DNA from: Hydrolagus colliei
Lineage: Eukaryota
Assembly (NCBI GenBank): GCA_035084275.1
Contig: CM068748.1
Coordinates: 12,710,001 to 12,774,000 of the forward strand
DNA length: 64,000 bases
Direction: 5' to 3'
The notes under the pieces were generated by a model, which worked only from the letters and a program-made list of their open reading frames with translations, was not told the origin of the DNA and searched no databases. The position numbers and the translations under genes were made by a program. How positions within the stretch are numbered: position 1 is the stretch's first letter; every line of letters begins with the position of its first letter. Below, in pieces: positions 38,675 to 50,027 of this stretch.

Positions 38675-40075
38675 AACATAAGAACATAAGAATTAGGAGC
38701 AGGAGTAGGCCATTCGGCCCCTCGAGCCTGCCCCGTCATTTGATAGGATCATGGCTGATCTTCTGACCTAACTCTAATTATCTGCCCTATCCCCATATCC
38801 CCTAATCCCTCTAGTTTAAAAAAAAATCTAGCAGTCTCAGCCTTGAAAATGTTCAAGGACTGAGCATCTACAGCCTTCTGGGGTAGTGAATTCCATAAAT
38901 TCACTACCCTCTGAGTGAAGAAATGTTTTCTCAACTCTGTTCTAAAAGGCTGACCCTTAATTTTAAGATTATGACCCCTGGTTATAGATTCTCTTACCAG
39001 GGGAAACAGTCCCTCACTGTCTACTTTATTCAGCCCTTTAAGAATCTTATATGTTTCAATAAGATCTCCCCTAATTCTTCTGTACTCTAGAGAATACAGC
39101 CCTAGTTTATTCAACCTATCCTCATAGGTCAGTCCCCTCATCCCAGGAACTAACCTAGTGAATCTACGCTGCACCCCCTCTAAGGCAAGTATGTCCTTTT
39201 TTAAATAAGGAGACCAAAACTGCACACAGTACTCTAGGTGCAGTCTCACCAAGGCCCTGTACAGTTGCAGCAAGACTTCCCTACTCTTGTACTCTAAACC
39301 TTTTGCAATGAATGCTAACATGCTGTTTGCCTTCTTAGTTGCTTGCTGTACCTGCAAACTAACGTTTTGAGACTGGTGTACAAGGACACCCAAATCCCTT
39401 TGTACACTAACACTATCTAACCTCTCCCCATCTAGAAAATGTTTTTTTATTTTTGCTACCTAGGTGAATAATTTCACACTTCCCCACATTAAATTCCATC
39501 AGCCACCTACTCGCCCACTCCCCTAGCCTATCTATATCCCGTTGCAATCTTTTTGTATCATCCTCACAGCTGACTCTCCTACCTAGTTTAGTGTCATCCG
39601 CAAATTTAGATATGTTACATTCAATGTCCTCATCTAGATCATTGATGTAAATTGTAAATAGCTGAGGCCCAAGCACTGATCCTTGTGGCACTCCACTAGT
39701 TACATTCTGCCAATTTCAGAATGACCTGTTTATCCCTACTTTCTGTTTTCTACCCGTTAGCCCTCTTCTATCCATGCTAATATGTTCGCATTAATCCTGT
39801 GGGCCTTGACTTTGTGCAATAGCCTTTTGTGTGGCACTTTATCAAATGCCTTCTTAAAATCTAAACATACCAAATCTACTGTTCCCCCATATCCAACCTG
39901 CTAGATATATTCTCAAACTCTAAAAGATTAGTTAAGCATGACTTTCCTTTTGTAAAGCCATGCTGACTCTGCCTAATCTTGTTATGGTCTTCCAGGTATC
40001 CCATAGATAATTAAGGACTCAAGAATTTTCTCTACCACTGATGTCAGACTAACTGATCTATAGTTCCCCATGTTC
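38675..40075 (-). mobile_element. CR1 LINE, 5'-truncated, frameshifted RT region and 3' end
   Basis: GNYRSVSLTSVV, PQGSVLGPQLFTIYINDLD, KFADDTKL, LEYCVQFWSPY, FFTQRVVNLWNSLP; aacataag repeat tail. Confidence 0.97.
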
Positions 40076-40531
40076 CCCAATTCTGAATGAAATCTGAGAG
40101 ATGTTTCTGAACCACGTATCGCTGAGATATTTGTGGCTCCTTTTTAAAAGCTTTGTTTTCCAACTTCCAGTGTTTTCACAGATCCCTGTAGACAATGAGG
40201 AGAGTTCAGACTTTCCATTGGGAATGATTCCTCATCTTATATTGATTTTGAAGATTCAATAAATTCTCAGGGTGAAATTCTCACAGGATATCCCACAATA
40301 CATATCTCCTTTTAAAATCATTTTGGAAGTTTACCCACCAGCTTGTTGTGGGAAGAGAAAAGGTCTGACATGACTGCAATTCATTTCCATATTGCAATTG
40401 CCTTTCCACCTGAATAAATTCAAGTGTAACATACATGAGGTTAGAATAGGGCAAAGCATAAGGATATTGAATTTATCTGGTAACAAGAGGATTTGTTCTG
40501 TTCTTTCTGTTGGTCATATTTCTAACGCTAT

Positions 40532-40591
40532 CAACAATCAAATTACATTTATAGAGCACCTTTCACATCGGGAGGACATCCCAAGGCACTG
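40532..40591 (-). mobile_element. L2 tail-only fragment (type A)
   Basis: aattacatttatagagcacctttcacatcgggaggacatcccaaggcact. Confidence 0.85.
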
Positions 40592-41029
40592 TAAGTTCAA
40601 AAAGCAAGTGTGATGATATTCTAAATGTATAGTGGAAGGCTTAGCAGGAGAAGCAAAGAAGGATTAGCATGGGGAATAAAATAAACAGTGAGTTTTCCCT
40701 AGGTTTGTATCTAATATCTTTACTAACAATAATTCCCTTGATATTGATTAATTCCCTTATAGTCAGTAGCTACTTCAAACCCTTACACTTATTTGTTGCA
40801 TTCACACCGACTCCTTGGACAAAAATATTCAAGAAAACAAATGAGCAGAACAGAATGAAGTGTTAATTTCTATCAGAATTCTATGTCCAAATCCCTGCAG
40901 AAATCTTCCTATAAACATTTATGACAAATCTTGACTTTATAAACTTAACAGGCAGCTGAGGAATGTACAACATAATAAAATTAATGGGATGTTTCAGTCG
41001 TGTACTCTGTGCGTCACTCTAATTACAGT

Positions 41030-41412
41030 AATGGGTGGACTGAGCGGATGGAATAGAACAGATTTGCAAAGGCTTCATCCAAACATTAATCTTTGGCTTT
41101 GAGGTAAATTCTGCCTGGACCTTATGTATTCCAAAACCACATGCTTGTGATACAGTGGGTGTACAACAGGAAAATTTCACTTGGATTCAATCTGGGAGAG
41201 CGGGACAGGGTGGCTGTACTCCAGGGTACTGCTGATAATAAACCAGCCAGACTGACTTATCGGTAGGACTTGGAAGGCATGTTTACTAAGGGAAGGGATT
41301 GTTCCCACTCAGCTCTGTTTACCCTGGAAGCCCAAACCTTAATGGGTTGAATGCTCCAGCTGGACAAGCAGCAAGAAGCTTGCCATACAGTGCATTCAAT
41401 GCTGTACAGTTT
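41030..41412 (+). mobile_element. LF-SINE-like remnant
   Basis: gggttgaatgc...gaagcttgcca...tgctgtacagtt resembles the recalled LF-SINE 3' end. Confidence 0.4.
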
Positions 41413-41455
41413 TAGCTAGTTAAACTCCAGCAGTAGCCTAATGCATTCTCTCAGG

Positions 41456-41660
41456 CAGTGGTGGTCAACCTTTTTGATTGGCTGACCAAATATTTTTTCC
41501 TTGATTGAATATTTCTTGCTTCATGGCGACACCATAAATATCACTACTCAACAGCTGCTGGAAATAAAATACTGATTTTAACACAACGTACCTCAACTAG
41601 TGTGAATATTCTTGATGCTGCTGGGGGCTACTTTTGGTCCGTGGTCCATTGCCACCATTG
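41456..41660. mobile_element. hAT-Charlie-type MITE
   Basis: cagtggtggtcaacc ... ttgccaccattg termini; flanks ctctcagg and ctctaggg (6/8). Confidence 0.7.
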
Positions 41661-41837
41661 CTCTAGGGTCACCAAACCAAGTGCCAATCTGTGCCTAATG
41701 TTCTCCGGAATTGGGTAAGCAGGATGCATTGCCCTGAGGATAGAGTGAACATTCTATTCCAAACATGGGAATTCCCATGAGTTTGTGCATGCATGGAACT
41801 TTCAATCTGGTTTGGATACTCTTAAGCATGGTGATAG

Positions 41838-41896
41838 TGCTCTGAGACGCCATCCGGCGTGGAGGGCGCTATACAAATCAAAGTTGTTGTTGTTGT
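41838..41896 (+). mobile_element. L2-like tail-only retrocopy (type C) with TSD
   Basis: tgatag at 41832-41837 and 41897-41902. Confidence 0.8.
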
Positions 41897-42879
41897 TGAT
41901 AGCTATGTGTGAGACACATGGTTGACCCCAAATAAAAGTAGGTTTGGGTGGATGGACTGCAGGATTACCTAAACAAAAAGCAAAACACACCAAAATCCTC
42001 TGGGTTTTAAATGTTTTTTCATGATTGGAGCATTTGTTAATAGGATAGAAGTATAACAGCAACATTCCAAAAATATGGGTTCAGCAAGATTAATTAATTT
42101 GTAACAATCTGAACAAGAACTTTCACTTATAAAACTGTGTACAAGTGGTCAGATAATATTCTCTGCATGAGATGGATGGCATTTAAAGCATAAGAATGAA
42201 ACAAGAGATCCAAAATACATCTGAGAGTTCACAAATTTTTACACATTTTTATTATTCACTGCTCTAATGATTTGATATGTTTGCAGTGTGACACACCACT
42301 TACCCAGTGCACAAGCTTTGCCAAACACAACTTGAATCCTGACCAAAAGAAACGATCATAAATGCTGTACAGTAATATGAGTCAGAGCAAAAACAAAGGT
42401 ACCTGTATTTACTTTACAGCCTCTTGAAGGACATAAAATGCTACCCACAGGAAGACACTGACCTAGTTTTGTCCCTGTGTACGATGGAGTGCTCCATGTT
42501 AGCAAGTGAGGTAGATGGGGGAAGGGCGAAGCAAAGATAAAAAGCCAATTAGTAGAGCAACATGGAGAATTTTGTACCTTTGTTCACCCAAGCTATAGCA
42601 ATCTGTAGAACTCTGACCCCAAACCATGGAGGTGGGGGGTCGGGGGGTAGGGAGAGGTAGAGAAATGGGGGGGAGGAATTGAAGAACACAAATTAGCAAA
42701 TTTTTAACAGAAATTACATTAAAGTGTGGCCAATACCTGACAGACATGACAAGTTGCTGTGCCTCATTGATATGGTCAGTGAGGCACAGCAACTTGTCCC
42801 TGTGGATTTCTCCACATACACACAGCAAAACCTGATTTCTTGCAGTGAACTTCAAATTCAAATTGTGTCTCTATGTTAG

Positions 42880-43126
42880 AACAATAATAGTAATTTCAAT
42901 CCACGACGGTTTGTGGGACACTGCTGTGCGCAATCAGATGCTGCGTTTTTCCCACAAATATACAGTCAATTCATTCTACAGCAGTGGCTTCCAAACTTTA
43001 ACTGCCGTGCCACCCCAGCCACAGTTTGGAATTCACTGCTCTACAGTATATTCTGTGAAGTACTTTGAGACATCTAGAAGATGTGAAAAGCGCTCTATCA
43101 AATGCAAGGATTATTATTATTATTAT
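42880..43126 (+). mobile_element. young SINE 3' half, interrupted by a mini-MITE
   Basis: matches 37345-37527 on both sides of 42982-43038. Confidence 0.92.
42982..43038. mobile_element. 57-bp hAT-Charlie-type mini-MITE
   Basis: TIRs cagtggcttccaaact / agtttggaattcactg (14/16); TSD ttctacag / ctctacag (7/8). Confidence 0.88.
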
Positions 43127-43177
43127 TTGGGCAAAAGTGACATGTTGTCAATAACAGCCTGAAAATAATTTAGTTTG

Positions 43178-43815
43178 TGGGGTGACCAATGGCATGGTCA
43201 AAGAGGAGGACCTTAAGACAGAACTTGAAGGAGGTGAGGGAGGGGGTGATATGGAGGGATTGTGGGATGGAATTCCAGAGGTTAGGGGCAGAGTGTCTGA
43301 AGGCTCGTCCGCCAATGGTTGGGCGGGTGGGTCAGGTACATGGAGCAGGTCGGAGCCCACTGAGCAGAGGGCGTAGACAGAATGGTAGAGGGTTAGTAGG
43401 TTGCAGAAGTAGGGTGGGGCAAGGCTATGGAGGACTTTAAAGGTGAAGACCAGGATCTTGAATTGAATTCTCTAAGTGATGGGAAGCCAGTGGAGTCAGG
43501 TGAGAAACGGGTTTAAGAGTCGCAGAGCTTGGTATGGGAGAGGACAGAGGCTACAGCTTATGGAGGGAGAAATTGGGGAGGCTGACAAGCAGGTAATGAC
43601 ATAGATAAGACGAGACCTGAGGAAGGCAAGAATGAGCGTTTCAGCGGCCTGAAGAGTGAGGTAGTCGGGGAGTTGAGCAAATGTTGTGGAGGTGTATGAA
43701 GGCAGAGCGGGTATGGCATGGATGCCATCACTCTTAAGCGCTCTGAGGCACCGTCTGGCGTGGAGGGCGCTATATAAATCGAAGTTGTTGTTGTTGGATG
43801 TGGAGGATAAACTCT
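43178..43815 (-). mobile_element. L2 ORF2 3' fragment, interrupted at 43725-43794
   Basis: decayed TRSAFIHLHN, AAETLILAF, IQFKILVFTF, LWNSIPQS motifs. Confidence 0.88.
43725..43794 (+). mobile_element. L2-like tail-only retrocopy (type C) nested in L2
   Basis: TSD tggatg at 43719-43724 and 43795-43800; host sequence resumes. Confidence 0.85.
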
Positions 43816-44354
43816 ATGCATGGCGCAAGAAGTCTCTGCTGTTGAATTATCTCTATGTATAGTTCACAAATTCTCTCCTGCAAATGTTGAAGAACGATCT
43901 TGAGCATTACTAATTTAAGATCAGGTTTTACTTTCCTGAATGTATACTGCAAGTATAAATGTTAATGAAGGAGCGAAGAAGGAAGACAAACTTGGTATGG
44001 ATCATGTATATTAACCAAATATATAAGCCAAACGAGTTCTTGTCAAAAGACCAATCTATTACCAGGTGACCTCCACAAGTTTCCATGCAAGCAACAGAGA
44101 GTGAATTTTAGTTTATCTGCTTTGAGATGGGATGCCTTTGTGAACTTGAAACAACATCAAACTATGGTCTTACAAACGACAGACAAAATTATTGTCATCA
44201 AACAAAGCTGGAATCTGCCAGCTAACCATTTTTAAGTATTCTGACTGTAAGATCTATTTGCAGGGAGATGTATTATTCAAGTCAAAAGTAAAAAGAGTAT
44301 ATGTGCAGGAAGAACTTTCTCCTTATCTCTGTTGCATGCCAATAAATCCAATAC

Positions 44355-44629
44355 TGGATTTATCCTGGCAGGTCAGGGCGAAATCTTAGGCAAGTTTCCT
44401 TACTCCACACGCCTAATAATAATCTGTCCAAAAAAACCACAATAATAAAAATTGGTCATTTTAATCCACGACTGTTTGCGAGACACTGCTGTGGGCAATT
44501 GGCTGCCGTGTTTCGCCCACAAATATATAGTAAATTCACTTCACAGTATATTCTGTGAAACGCTTTGAGACGTCGATAAGATGTGAAATGCAAGCATATA
44601 TCAAATGCAAGCATTATTATTATTATTAT
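44355..44629 (+). mobile_element. young Deu-type SINE
   Basis: match to 37260-37527. Confidence 0.92.
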
Positions 44630-45146
44630 TGTTCAGATTTTACTAGATTTCTACTGATTGTTGCCTCATTAATGTGGGGATAATTTCCCTGACGTCACAA
44701 ACCAATACCTGATACATTCTCAGCAACATTGATACCTTGATTATATTATGTGGTTGTGTAACATCAGTATCATGTGAGTAGAGTGCGTAACCCCCACCCC
44801 CACCAACCCTTCTTTCCTCTGAGACATATTCCAGTCGAATCACTGCTAAGTGTTTTCGGGCTACTGCGCCCTTATGCTGCTGCCATCACCACTGTGCAGC
44901 TTAATTTGTTCCAGTGATCTGGTGAACTTTCCCAAGATTAAATCATTCTGCAGGTCAGCACATCATAAGATCGTTGGAACCAGTGAAATGTGAAATATAA
45001 TGACAACAAAGTAAATAAGGCCTACACAGTATCTAACTGGGCTCTGTTTGGGGAAGGTCACACAACTACAATAAACACAAAGCTCATATGCTGAACAAAT
45101 CATGCTGTGAAAACTAAACAACACACAATATACATTATAAAAACAG

Positions 45147-45172
45147 TATATGTATATATATATATATATATA
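45147..45172. repeat. (TA)n microsatellite
   Basis: tatatgtatatatatatatatatata. Confidence 0.9.
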
Positions 45173-46554
45173 TCTTGAAGCTATCTCTCTCCTTGTAACA
45201 CGAGTCACATAGAACTGCAATAAGACAATGTCGTCAAGGGCATCTTTTATCCACGATAAAAGATGGTTACCTCTGTTGTTGATTTTCATGAAATGGGTCA
45301 TTTACAGAGATAAGATGAATTTATTCCCACCTGTAATACATCTCAAGGTTGCGAGAGTATTGATAAACCATTTCAGTATTGCACAAACTCCAGGCACTAA
45401 ACTCCAAGCTATGTATTCCTTCATATTTCCAATCTTAAAGGGGCAGTTCACTTAAAAAGGTATAAGTGATGGAGTTTCAGTGAGTAAACAGTGATGGGGG
45501 TGTCATAAACATGAAGTGGAACAGTAAATTGGGCTCTATGCATTCTTTTCACTTCCAGGCATTGGATTCAATAAGAAAACTCTGACAGCTATCAGATCCT
45601 AAGTGAGATCAGTTCAGACAATTCAGCACTGTTCCAAGTGGGCATGGCTGCCAACACTTAACCAGCCTAAATTCTTGACAAATTAACTTGTCGATTGTAC
45701 TCAGACAGGTTTCAAGAATCACTGGCGTGAGAAACAGAAACAAAATACTAATTAATTATCTGTAGTTAGGATGAAGGAGTAGAGTTGGGCTGAGGTGGAG
45801 TTGGGATAACATGGAGTCCTGCAACTCAGTGGTTAGAGAACTCAGCTGACCAGCAAATTTCCAGCACTCTTTACCGGTGGCTTAAAATTTTTCAAAGAAA
45901 CATATTTCTGGAAACTTCATATCAAAACATGATTGTCAAAATTGGTGGTTTGCATGACTCATTTCCAGAGCACTTTGAACTGAAATTCATTTTTATTTCC
46001 AAACATCGCTTTCATTCTCATGTTAGGATGCCAATAATGTGTTTTGACAGCTTTCAGGATGACATGCTTAGAAACAAACATTTGCTGACCAAAGTGACAG
46101 TTTTGAAAGTTCCTTCCAGGCCTGTTTGTGAGGACTGTAAAAAAAACAGATCACCAGTGGAAACTCACTGTTCAATATAAAAAATCTCACTGGTGCTTTC
46201 ATTTATCAGTGTGTTGTACTGAATAAGTAATGCTTTGTTCAACAGAATAATAATCCATTCAAGGATAATACCTTGACCCGATGTAAGAGTATCGTAAGAA
46301 TAGGCTGTGCTCATTGATTAATTAGAGAAAGGAGCATAAACATGTGACCATCGCTACCACCAACTTTGCCTCTCACCTTGAAGCAGAGCCAACTGACAGT
46401 GTGGTATTGGAAAGTATTGAAGAGTTTATTCAGTGGTGCTGTTTGGATGTGTTCAGAATCAAGAAATATTGACTGGCTTTCCAGTTACTCAAGGGGTCCC
46501 GATTTGTGTCTCAGAAACAGACTGTTCCATCTCTTAAATATTTCCTCAAAGGAG

Positions 46555-46770
46555 AACAACAAGTTGCATTTATATCGTGGCCTCCATGCAATGTAGTGTC
46601 TCAGAGCGCTTAACAGTGGCGGAACCTGAATCTCTGAGTCAGGGAGAGTGGGGGAGGTGGCTGTAAGCACGGTCGAAGAGGAAAGTTTTCAAGCGGGACT
46701 TGAAAAAAGAGAGGAGGCAAGATGGAAAGATTGATGGGAGAGTTACAGAGTTCTGTATCCAGGAAGCAGA
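46555..46770 (-). mobile_element. L2 3' fragment with type-C-like tail
   Basis: tctcagagcgcttaacag tail joined to cacggtcgaagaggaaagttttcaagcggg (LKTFLFDRA). Confidence 0.8.
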
Positions 46771-46989
46771 GTTCTAAATGAACAGTGCTGGAAAAATAAA
46801 CCATTACCATCTTTAGCGTACTTTATCATGTCAAAATGTTTTTAGGGCAAAGTAATATTCGCACAAAGTAATAAAGTGCAAAGCAATAACCTCCAGTGTA
46901 GTAACTGTCATGGCAATACTACTATTATGATAATTTGATGGTCTCACTGAGGAGCTCAATAAATACCATGCTGATGCATCATCATAATA

Positions 46990-47187
46990 ATTCACTTGAA
47001 CAGGCAGACAGGACCTTGGTTTAAGATTGCATCTGAATGATGGTACTGTGCCTCCAATAATGCAGTGTATCCCTGCTCTACATTGGAGTTTCAGCTAGTT
47101 CAAAGTCCTGACGTAAACTCCAACCTTATTCAACTCACAACCCACTCTCAGAGGTGAAAGTGTTAACAACTGAGCCAGACTAACATC
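46990..47187 (-). mobile_element. old DeuSINE 5' part with tRNA-like head
   Basis: ggcagacaggaccttggtttaa...ctcagaggtgaaagtgttaacaactgagcca. Confidence 0.7.
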
Positions 47188-47382
47188 TAATAGCGAATAG
47201 GTGCATATCATCTGTGTGGGTTAATATCAGTTCCTTTGGTCACTTCTCATCAGATGACTACTAATTACAGAAATCTGAACATATTTGCCATTGTTTCCCT
47301 CATTATAGGTTTCATACATCAAGTAAGGAAACAATGCGCATTCACGTATCAATGTACTGAGAAACAATAGAGGGCTTCTCTA

Positions 47383-47449
47383 TTAAGCACTTAGGGACGT
47401 CCTCCTGACATGAAAGATGCAATACAGATGTAAGTTTATTGTTGTTGTT
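47383..47449 (+). mobile_element. L2 tail-only fragment
   Basis: gggacgtcctcctgacatgaaag...ttgttgttg. Confidence 0.75.
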
Positions 47450-47519
47450 CGTTGGTAGGATTGTCAAATTATAAACAGTTGTATTCCCTTCGTTGAACCT
47501 GTATATTATCTTTGCTATT

Positions 47520-47825
47520 TTCTGCACATCCCTCATCCCCATCATGCCACAATTTGCAGCAGTGCTTTCAGCTGCTCTGCCTCAAATCTCTGGAACTACT
47601 TGCCTCAATCCTTCCATCTTATCACCTCTTTTCCTGTCTTGAAATCACACCTGAAGACTTCAACAGTGTATTCGGTCACCTCTCCACTTTTTCCAGCTCG
47701 GCATCAAAGCACACTGCTGTTAAGCGCTCCACGATGCTACCCACATGATACTATATCTTTATCTTTCATGTCAGGGACATCCTCCCGATGTGAAAGGCCC
47801 TCTAAAAATTTAATTGTTGTTGTTA
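47520..47825 (+). mobile_element. old L2 3' remnant plus tail
   Basis: LWNYLPQS, LKSHLKT remnants; gggacatcctcccgatgtgaaaggcc. Confidence 0.65.
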
Positions 47826-48024
47826 TCTGGGATATTTGGCACAGACATGCATGCGACCGCCAGGAAGGTGGAAGGCAAACTCGATGGAGCTTGGTCTTTT
47901 TTTTTTTAACTAGCTTTACTTATGTTCTTATACCAATGCAGGTTGTTGGTGAAGGTGTTTATAGTCTTCTCATTATAAATATACTGTCTCTGACATTCCA
48001 CCACACTGTTGAATGGTTTACATT

Positions 48025-48078
48025 GGACAACATCTCAAAGCGCTTCACAGAATATACTATAAAGTGAACTGACTGTAT
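48025..48078 (-). mobile_element. young SINE tail fragment
   Basis: catctcaaagcgcttcacagaatatactataaagtgaactgactgtat. Confidence 0.8.
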
Positions 48079-48854
48079 GAAGGTGGAGTGCATAGAACTC
48101 TCATAAACAAGGTGATGGGTTTCCGCATGTGGCAGACGCACAGCTGAACCCCCAATAAAGGATGCCCTTTACCTCTTGGCTGCCAAAGGCAGCACAATCG
48201 AGCAGGTCTACAGTTAACAACAAGCAATCTATTCTCGTTGGGCTACCGACTGAGGTAATGAAAAACACAATTCACCTCAAATCTCTACTTGAAGTGTTTA
48301 AACTAAGTGGAGCAGGGAGCTCCTGGGCTGGTATTCAAGGTAAAGAGCTGGATCAATGCCGTGTCTGGAGTTTACTAATGAGAATTAGAACACATCAACC
48401 CACCATGCAGGCTGGCACATTTCCACTCAATGAGCTCTAATGAGTAATGTACCAGTCATCTCTGCAGTGTGAGTGTTATTTTATTCCATAGGTGTTTGTT
48501 TTTTCTTCCTGCAGACTGAAGCACGTACAATGGTCTCTCAGTGTGAGGTTAGTCAGCTCTCTGAAACTTGGCTGGGCTTTGCTCCTATGCTATCTTTGGG
48601 AGCTGAGCAAAACAATATTTGAAAGTGAGACTGGTGCAAAATAAAGACTACTGCATAAGGTTTCTTTACTAACCCTTTGATAACTGAATAGCATATGAAT
48701 TTCTGAAGAAAAGCACCCTCTTCTCTTCATCGGATTTATCACATTGAATTTAGGATTTTGATGCAGAAATGGTATTGCAGACCCTCAAAGGGATAAACAG
48801 AAATAGTGATTGATATTGCAACACTGACACTGAAAGAAAATTATGAGGAGCTAC

Positions 48855-49135
48855 TACCTCTGTGGCCTCCTAACCCCCTAATAAACTGCCCGCCCCATCC
48901 GCTCAGCAGGTTCTGGCCTGTTCCATGTCCCCTGACGCACCCACCCACCATTGCCAGGCAAGCCTTCAGTCACTCTGCCCCTAACCTCTGGAACTCCATC
49001 CCGCAGTCCCTCTGCTTCACCCCCTCCCTAGCCTCCTTCAAGCCTTGCCTCAAGACCGTCCACTTTGACAGTCCCATTGGTCACTCCAGATCCCTTCTTT
49101 TCCTTCCATTTTCCCCGTTCCCGACTCCAGCTCGT
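48855..49135 (+). mobile_element. L2 3' fragment lacking its tail
   Basis: IARQAFSHSAPNLWNSIPQSL...SFKPCLKT. Confidence 0.88.
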
Positions 49136-49699
49136 TGTTGTATATACTTTCAAACGTTGGCAAGCGGAAGTGGGAAGCTGCTATGGCTTATCAATAGAAG
49201 TTCCATTCAGTGTTATGTTACATACTCAATTTGGAGAACTGCTGAGAGTCAATTGTCTTAGCTGTTCAGAGATTAGTTTAGTGCTATCTATCTTCATCTA
49301 TTCTTCCTTTTTTTTTAACTCCTATCACTCTAATTTTCCTCTTCTTTCTTTAGATTACACCTTGTTCAATATTAATTATCCACCTCTACACTTTTCATTT
49401 TTAATTTCTTGGCTACTCTGACCTTTTTAATTCCCAACTTGAAAAAACAGTCAGACACTGTTTAATCCTCTATTCTGTGTCTTTTCATATATTTGTTGTC
49501 TGATCTTTCAATGATTTGCTAGCCCTGCCCTAACATTGAGTTCTGTCTGCATCATGTTCTGCTGGACGCCCCTTCCCCTGTACAGGTTAGCGCATTATCA
49601 ACACAAATATTGGCAGGCTGCATGTTTCTAAACAATACCATTTTCAAACAATATAGTTTAGAACTATAGTGACTGTTATTATGTTGGAAAATATAGCAG

Positions 49700-50027
49700 G
49701 TAATGTTTGCTCAGCAACAGCCACAAATTCCAACGAGGCAAATGTTGTTTTTTGATAAATGTAGATGAGAGAGGAAAATTAGTAGCTGAAAGGAGGAAAT
49801 CCCTGCTCTTGGAAATTAGATCATGGGATCTTTCGTGCCTACCTATACAGACAGGACCTTCAGTTTAATGTTTCATCAGAAAGGCAGTGGCTCTAACAAT
49901 GCAACATCCCGCATTGCTGAACTGGTGTCAGCTGAGATTATGAGTTGAAGTCGTTTGTGTGCGGCTCAAACGCACAACCTTCTGACCCAGAGGCAAGAGT
50001 GCAACCAATTGAGTCAAACTAACACTG
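49700..50027 (-). mobile_element. old near-complete DeuSINE (SacSINE1/AmnSINE1-like)
   Basis: ccctgctctt..catgggatcttt..cagacaggacc..tttaatgtttcatcagaaaggc..cacaaccttctgacccagaggcaagagtgc. Confidence 0.78.

Noticed and set aside
38749-39691. 214-aa and 92-aa RT-like ORFs as a host gene or novel RT system
   Set aside because: Frameshifted, 5'-truncated CR1 ORF2 with a normal CR1 3' tail; no partner genes or arrays nearby
42628-42677. G-rich runs (also 2-29, 2443-2476, 17882-17897) as functional G-quadruplexes
   Set aside because: Low-complexity tracts with no supporting context
43178-43800. Twin-priming inversion (inverted body plus forward tail)
   Set aside because: The tail has its own TSD (tggatg), the host resumes after it, and body and tail appear to be different subfamilies
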